From Verrucomicrobiota bacterium (lineage in GTDB: Bacteria; Verrucomicrobiota; Lentisphaeria; Lentisphaerales; Lentisphaeraceae): DNA of 64,000 nt. Numbering within the stretch: position 1 is the first letter of the stretch; the number at the start of each line of letters is the position of its first letter. The stretch spans positions 24,595 through 88,594 of the forward strand of contig JBDKFG010000015.1 of assembly GCA_039798785.1 (NCBI GenBank), written 5' to 3'. The translations under genes were made by a program, and so were the position numbers. This document shows positions 55,415-64,000 of the stretch, one piece after another. Below the pieces are notes generated by a model, which was given only the letters and a program-made list of their open reading frames with translations, searched no databases and was not told the origin of the DNA.

Positions 55415-57133
55415 ATGCCTGAAGAACTTCAAAACCATCCGATCCTCATCGTCGCCGCCGACGCCCAGGTCCGTGCCGAGATCCGGGCCGCGCTCGGTCC
55501 CGGCTGGAAAATCCTGGTCCGCCAGTCGGTTGAGCGGGCCGTGCAGCTTCTCGAGCAGACCGAGGTCGGCTTGGTGATCTGCGCGACGCAACTGGAAGAC
55601 GGCAACTGCGCCGACCTCACCGAGGCCCTCCGCAAAGAAGCCACTTTCATCGACCTGCCGCTCCATCTGGTGGTCGAGGAAAACGTCGAGCCGCTCGCCG
55701 TACAGGCCCTCGAGCGCGGCGCCGATGACGCCTCCTTCCGTCCGCTGAGAAGCGCCGTCTTCGCCGCCAAGGCCGCCCGAGTCCTGCGCAACAAGCTGCA
55801 GTCCCGCCAGAATCCGATCACCCTGTCGGTCCGTCTCGATGCCAGCCAGGTCCCCGGGGTGATGCAGTTCCTCGAGGCCGAACGCAAGACCGGACTCCTC
55901 AAGGCGAGTTCCGGCAAGAACCACGCCGAACTCACCTTCAAGCAAGGCCTCATCGTCAAAGCCGAAACCGAGTTCTGCGCCGGCAGCCAGGCCGTCACCG
56001 AGATCCTCGCCTGGCCCTACTGCCAGATGCGATTCTTCGAAATCCCGGTGGAAGGAGACGGCGAGACAAACATGGTGGTCTCCTCTGCCTTGATGGACTG
56101 CGTCTTCGAAGTCGACGAATACCGAGCCGCCCAGGCCCGCCTCGGCGATCCCGAACAGACTTTCATCCATGGCAGCCAGACCCTTCCCTCCGAGGCCAAC
56201 AAGGCCGCCCGCCAAGTGATCAAATACGCGCTCTCCGGCCAGTCTCTGCAGGAAATCCTCGACTCCGTCCGCCTCAATCGCCGCCATCTCGTCCTGCTCA
56301 TGGACCAGCTGGTGCAAAAGGACTTCCTCCGCCATGCTCCGCCGCCCCTCTCTCAATGGCGCACTCAAGTCGCTGCTGCAATGCAACAGCTGCGCGGCTG
56401 GATACGCCAGTTCCTCATCCCTCTCGAACGCCAGCTCACCACAGTCGACCTGAGCAAGATCAAATCCTGGGACCAACTGCCGATCCGCCACGTCGATGCC
56501 GATCCCAGCGAGATCCCCACTCTCATCCTCGCAGGCGACAACCCGGCGGCCACCGAAAACGTCTTCCGATCCCTGATCACGGCCGCCGGCGTCTTCTCCG
56601 GCGGCAAAGCCGCCACACAAAGCCGACGCGCCAACGAAGCCAGCACCATCCTCGATCTCCCAGGCGGCTGTATCTCCCTGCTCAAGCTGCCGCCGAAACT
56701 CGACAGCCATTACCTGCGCCAAATCCGCGAAAGCCACCCCGCCACCTTCGCCCAAATCCTCGTCAGCTCCTCCGCTGAACGCGAAATCGCCGCCTCCAAC
56801 CGGACTCGCATCAAGCTCCTCAGCGATGCTTTCGCCGCGCCGCTCTTCATCGCCCTCCCGCCAGTCTCCGATGCATCGATACGCAATGGCTTCGTCATCG
56901 ACTGCCCTGCCTGCACCCACTGCCTCACTCTCGACATGGATGAGGCCGGCTCTATCGGCACCTGCCCGATCTGCGAGTCGGAAATGGTCGTCCCGGAAGC
57001 CTTGGCCCACGCCGCCCAAGCGCTGCGCCTGCCCGACGACATCCCCTGCGTCGCGCTCGACGGTCGCGCCGCCGACGCCTGCGAACTGCTTGCCCTCTGC
57101 GCCAGCGACGCCATCTCCCACGCCCAAGTCTAA
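55415..57133 (+). CDS. Pseudo-receiver + DUF4388 (PATAN-like) + C-terminal domain with zinc ribbon
   Basis: REC-like ILIVAAD/LVICA/ALERGADD; VMQFLEAERKTGLL...F.QG.IV.A...ILAW (DUF4388); CPAC...CPIC. Confidence 0.7.
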   Translation: MPEELQNHPILIVAADAQVRAEIRAALGPGWKILVRQSVERAVQLLEQTEVGLVICATQLEDGNCADLTEALRKEATFIDLPLHLVVEENVEPLAVQALERGADDASFRPLRSAVFAAKAARVLRNKLQSRQNPITLSVRLDASQVPGVMQFLEAERKTGLLKASSGKNHAELTFKQGLIVKAETEFCAGSQAVTEILAWPYCQMRFFEIPVEGDGETNMVVSSALMDCVFEVDEYRAAQARLGDPEQTFIHGSQTLPSEANKAARQVIKYALSGQSLQEILDSVRLNRRHLVLLMDQLVQKDFLRHAPPPLSQWRTQVAAAMQQLRGWIRQFLIPLERQLTTVDLSKIKSWDQLPIRHVDADPSEIPTLILAGDNPAATENVFRSLITAAGVFSGGKAATQSRRANEASTILDLPGGCISLLKLPPKLDSHYLRQIRESHPATFAQILVSSSAEREIAASNRTRIKLLSDAFAAPLFIALPPVSDASIRNGFVIDCPACTHCLTLDMDEAGSIGTCPICESEMVVPEALAHAAQALRLPDDIPCVALDGRAADACELLALCASDAISHAQV

Positions 57134-57294
57134 TCCCGGCCTCACCCCAGGATACTCTGCCCTTCTGGCCCGCCCCTGCGCCAGCCTGACGCCCGCGCTT
57201 GTGACATTTTGTCCCAGCAGAGGATGTTAAATCCCCCAATAAAAAACCTTTAATTTTTTTAAATAATTATAGATCATTAGGATAGAGGTGACAA

Positions 57295-57321
57295 ACAGGA
57301 CTCCGTCGAGGCTTGTGCTAA
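57295..57321. promoter_or_regulatory. Degenerate CIRCE (HrcA operator) upstream of dnaK
   Basis: ACAGGACTC-N9-TTGTGCTAA versus TTAGCACTC-N9-GAGTGCTAA (6/9 and 7/9 matches, exact spacer), downstream of an AT-rich promoter region. Confidence 0.5.
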
Positions 57322-57360
57322 AAAGCTCTCACACACAACCCAACACCCACGGAGACCCCC

Positions 57361-59286
<1,926 letters not shown>

Positions 59287-59298
59287 GGCGGAGCTTGC

Positions 59299-59439
59299 AT
59301 GATCCTCGCAGAAACAATCGAGTTCGGCTGGCGAACCCAAGAGTGTCTCCTCAAATGCTCTTTAGGTTCCGCCGCCATACTCGGCGCCAGTTTCATCATC
59401 GGCTGTGCCATTCTTCGCGGATTAAGATCCAAAATTTGA
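59299..59439 (+). CDS. Putative 46-aa single-TM small protein (not in the ORF track)
   Basis: GGCGGAG RBS just after the dnaK stop; [46 protein letters not shown]. Confidence 0.4.
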   Translation: MILAETIEFGWRTQECLLKCSLGSAAILGASFIIGCAILRGLRSKI

Positions 59440-59508
59440 TCGAGCGCAAGCTGCGGCTAGCGCAAGAAGATCGGACCGATCGGATGCAGCTAAGCGCCCC
59501 TCGCTCAA

Positions 59509-59538
59509 TTCTTAACTCTTAATTCTTAATTCTTAATT
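59509..59538. repeat. (YTCTTAA)4 heptamer array upstream of groES
   Basis: ttcttaa ctcttaa ttcttaa ttcttaa, the same unit as at 24825-24859. Confidence 0.85.
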
Positions 59539-59571
59539 CCCCAACCAACCCCAACCCAGGAGATAGCAAGC

Positions 59572-59865
59572 ATGTCCAAAGTCCAGCCCCTCGGCGATCG
59601 CGTTCTCGTCGAAGCCATCGTTGAAACCGAAGTCAAAATCGGCGGCATCTTCATCCCCGACGCCGCCAAAGAGAAGCCCATGGAAGCCAAAGTCATCGCC
59701 CTCGGCACCGGCGGCGTCGACAAAGACGGCAAGCGCATCGAGTTCCACGTCAAAGTCGGCGACACCGTCCTGACCTCCAAGTACGGCGGCACCGAAGTCA
59801 AAGTCGAAGGCAAGGAATTCAAAATTCTGAACCAGTCCGACATCCTCGCCGTCATCACCAAGTGA
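59572..59865 (+). CDS. groES: Co-chaperonin GroES
   Basis: [22 protein letters not shown] and KYGGTEVK. Confidence 0.98.
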   Translation: MSKVQPLGDRVLVEAIVETEVKIGGIFIPDAAKEKPMEAKVIALGTGGVDKDGKRIEFHVKVGDTVLTSKYGGTEVKVEGKEFKILNQSDILAVITK

Positions 59866-59871
59866 GTTCAT

Positions 59872-60036
59872 CCTGGGAGCGCCGGCTGCCAGCCGGTTGA
59901 GCTCGGCTCTAACGAGCTGAACGAGTTCCCAGAACGAAACACACCCGGCAAGATGCCGGCGCTCCCAGGGAACAAACCGGCAAGATGCCGGGGCTCCCAG
60001 GGAACAAACCGGCAGGCTGCCGGCGCTCCCAGGGAA
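59872..60036. repeat. REP/REPIN-like cluster A
   Basis: One unit CCTGGGAGCGCCGGCTGCCAGCCGG, then three inverted copies with 32-bp period (59945, 59977, 60009). Confidence 0.85.
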
Positions 60037-60047
60037 GCAGCTCCCTG

Positions 60048-60083
60048 TTCAACCTTTCAACCTTTGAACCTTCCAACCTAGTT
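60048..60083. repeat. (TTCAACCT)4 octamer array abutting the groEL RBS
   Basis: ttcaacctttcaacctttgaaccttccaacctagtt then AAGGAA. Confidence 0.85.
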
Positions 60084-60085
60084 AA

Positions 60086-61726
<1,641 letters not shown>

Positions 61727-61759
61727 TCCTCGCGGATTCCGCAAAGCCTGAAAAGCCCG

Positions 61760-61789
61760 CAGCCCCCGTCCTCGGACGGGGGCTGTTTT
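61760..61789 (+). terminator. Intrinsic terminator of the dnaK-groES-groEL unit
   Basis: CAGCCCCCGTCC-TC-GGACGGGGGCTG followed by TTTT. Confidence 0.85.
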
Positions 61790-61790
61790 C

Positions 61791-61948
61791 GTTCCCTGGG
61801 AGCGCGCCAGCCCTCTGGCGCTGTTTCGTTCCCTGGGAGCGCGCCAGCCCTCTGGCGCTGTTTCGTTCCCTGGGAGCGCGCCAGCCCTCTGGCGCTTGCC
61901 TACACATAACAAAACACAGCGCCAGGGGGCTGGCGCGCTCCCAGGGAA
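61791..61948. repeat. REP/REPIN-like cluster B
   Basis: Three 37-bp tandem units GTTCCCTGGGAGCGCGCCAGCCCTCTGGCGCT(GTTTC) plus one inverted copy at 61918-61948. Confidence 0.88.
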
Positions 61949-62188
61949 GCCAGGAAAAAACTTGCTTTCCCAGATTTCTGACACTAGAGTGTCAACAAGC
62001 GACAGAATCAACAAAATCCAAAGGCGTGACCATGGCTCTTTTCCAAGCTCTCTTGGCGCTATACACTCTGATATTGCAGAGAAATCCAGTCGCCCCCCTG
62101 GAAAAGCCCTGATGACTCGAGCTGATTTCGTCGCCACCCTTTCAAGTTTGAAATCTGAGTTAGATTCGGCGATTCATCACCCCCAAGG

Positions 62189-63799
62189 ATGCCGAGCTTG
62201 GAGACCAGTCGAAACCTTTCCGTCGCGATGCTGCTCACCAGCCTCGGCAATCTGATCAGCCGTCTCTCCGGTCTGCTGCGCGATCTTGCCTTCGCCGCCA
62301 GCTTCGGCACCGGAGCCGTGGCCAATGCCTTTTTCTGGGCATTCACCCTCCCCAACCTGTTCCGCAACATCCTCGGCGAAGGGGCCTTGACCGCGGCCTT
62401 CATCCCGCTCTTCAGCCAGGTCGAAAAGGAAGGGGAATCCGCCGCCCGTTCCTTCGCCTCGATGGTCTGCACCCTCCTCGCCCTAGTCACCAGCGCCTTG
62501 ACCCTGCTCTGCGCCGCAGCCCTTCTCATCGCCAGTCTGCTCCTACCGGAATCCTGGCTGTTGCAGACCCGGATGGCGGCACTGATGATGGTCTTCATGC
62601 CCTTCGTCTGCCTTTCCGCTTTTGTCGCCGCCCTCCTCAACATCCGGAAAGCCTACGGGCTCGCCGCGGTGTCCTCGTCGCTGCTCAATCTCCTCGTCGC
62701 CGCCGCCTGCCTCCTCGGGCCCCTCCTCAATCCCCACAAGGAGATGCAGATCTGGCTCCTACCCGCCGCCGTCGTCCTCTCCGGCAGCCTCCAACTCTGG
62801 CTGCTTTTGCGGGCCCTGCAAAAAAATGGCCTGGTCCTCGAGTGGGCACCCAAGTTCGACCAGGAGAAACTCAGAAATCTCTGGATCCTCTTTGTCCCCG
62901 CCCTCATCGGCTCTTCCTGCACCCAGCTCTCGCTCTTCATCGACCGCAACATCGCGGTGGTGATGGACGGCTGGAAGTGGACGGATGCCCAGGGGCAGGC
63001 AGTCGGCGCTCTTGCCGCGATCAACTACGCCGAGCGCCTGGTCTATCTGCCGGTCGGCATCTTCGGCGTCTCCCTCGCCGTCGCCTGCCTGCCGATCATG
63101 TCGAAGGCGGTAGCGGAGGAGAAGCCGGGGGAAGTCGGCGAGGCGCTCGATTTCGGCCTCCGCCAATCCCTCTTCCTCAGCCTGCCCTTCGCCTGTCTAT
63201 TCTTCGTCTGGGGACAAGACATCGTCAGCCTCGTCTACCAGCGCGGGGCTTTCACCCAGCAAAGCGTTAGCGACACCTGGCTGGCGCTGAAGTACTTCGT
63301 CATCGGCATCCCGATCTTCACCGCGGTGAAGGTGGTGCTGCAGCTCTTCTACAGCCATAAAGACACCCGGACGCCGGTCAGGATATCCCTTGGCTGCCTG
63401 CTGATCAATCTGATCGCTTGTGTCGCCTTACTGGTTTTTGCTCCGGGCTTGAAATGGGCCAGCCTGCCCCTGGCGACCGTCATCTCCTCGTCCTTCAACC
63501 TGGTCCTGCTGCTGATCTACGCGGCGCAGCGTCACCAGCACCGCCCCAGCCTGAGCTGCGCCCTCGCCCTGGCTCGGATCGCGGCCTGCTGCCTGCTCGC
63601 CACCCTTGCCGCCAAATTCGCGGTCGAGGCGCTGGACGCCACTTGGTCGCGCATCGCGTCGAATTTCCTCCGGAACGCCTGCCGCCTGAGCTTCATCTGC
63701 CTCGTCGCCGGCGGACTCTACCTCGCCCTGCTGCGGCTTTGCGGCGGACGCGAAGCCTCGCAACTGATCGCCACCCTGCGCCGCCGCAGGACGAAATAA
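62189..63799 (+). CDS. murJ: Lipid II flippase MurJ (MviN)
   Basis: SRLSGLLRD, AFTLPNLFRNILGEGALTAAFIP, YAERLVYLPVGIFG, YQRGAF and FYSHKDTRTPV. Confidence 0.95.
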   Translation: MPSLETSRNLSVAMLLTSLGNLISRLSGLLRDLAFAASFGTGAVANAFFWAFTLPNLFRNILGEGALTAAFIPLFSQVEKEGESAARSFASMVCTLLALVTSALTLLCAAALLIASLLLPESWLLQTRMAALMMVFMPFVCLSAFVAALLNIRKAYGLAAVSSSLLNLLVAAACLLGPLLNPHKEMQIWLLPAAVVLSGSLQLWLLLRALQKNGLVLEWAPKFDQEKLRNLWILFVPALIGSSCTQLSLFIDRNIAVVMDGWKWTDAQGQAVGALAAINYAERLVYLPVGIFGVSLAVACLPIMSKAVAEEKPGEVGEALDFGLRQSLFLSLPFACLFFVWGQDIVSLVYQRGAFTQQSVSDTWLALKYFVIGIPIFTAVKVVLQLFYSHKDTRTPVRISLGCLLINLIACVALLVFAPGLKWASLPLATVISSSFNLVLLLIYAAQRHQHRPSLSCALALARIAACCLLATLAAKFAVEALDATWSRIASNFLRNACRLSFICLVAGGLYLALLRLCGGREASQLIATLRRRRTK

Positions 63800-64000
63800 A
63801 GTCGCAACGGTTGAAAGGCAAACGAAGTCGCTACCGGGGTGAAAGGCAATGACAATCCAGCTACTTAGATGGTTACCGCTTCACATGATACACGCCGTGC
63901 ATCATAATCATAACATTCTGCAATCAAGAAAGTTGGCCACTAATTTAGAGCGGAGAGTCGGGAAGGGGTCTGGGGGAACCCGGCGCTACGGGTTCCCTCA

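Noticed and set aside
61791..61948. Possible CRISPR array (37-bp repeats; also 32-bp repeats at 59945-60036)
   Set aside because: Units are directly tandem with no unique spacers, include an inverted copy, and no cas genes are present.
62032..62112. 26-aa ORF MALFQALLALYTLILQRNPVAPLEKP upstream of murJ
   Set aside because: Too short, weak RBS and no independent support.
63961..64000. GGAAGGGGTCTGGGGGAACCC...GGGTTCCC palindromic element
   Set aside because: It resembles a repeat or IS-end hairpin but is truncated by the window edge and single-copy here, so it cannot be classified.

Overview
GC-rich bacterial chromosome window, most likely from the PVC superphylum (Lentisphaerae/Verrucomicrobia-like). 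This is an inference from the PVC-type CxxCH dehydrogenase, DUF1080/ThuA and Tat Gfo/Idh/MocA proteins, found together with peptidoglycan (murC, murJ) and flagellar (flhB) genes. Housekeeping genes include ackA (partial), flhB, a DEAD-box helicase, nrdAB with tandem NrdR boxes, a phosphohexomutase, murC, ftsK, psd, tesA-ybbA-ybbP, a CCA-adding enzyme, dnaK-groES-groEL and murJ. The strongest candidate for an undescribed system is a three-gene operon at 5903-7727 behind an ECF-type promoter. It encodes a zinc anti-sigma factor with an extracytoplasmic dockerin, a stand-alone secreted cohesin-like protein and a VIT-like lipoprotein, which suggests a cohesin-dockerin pair used for transmembrane signalling. 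Other notable signals: (1) an archaeal-type PurO; (2) E. coli-like NrdAB; (3) back-to-back sigma54 promoters linking flhB to a glycosyltransferase; (4) inverted 7/8-mer tandem arrays in intra-operon spacers; (5) REP-like clusters around groEL; (6) an FtsK without transmembrane helices; (7) a small unannotated membrane ORF between dnaK and groES; (8) AT-rich segments inside two GC-rich genes. No rRNA, tRNA, CRISPR array or transposase was recognised. All family calls come from motif recognition by eye, with no database search.
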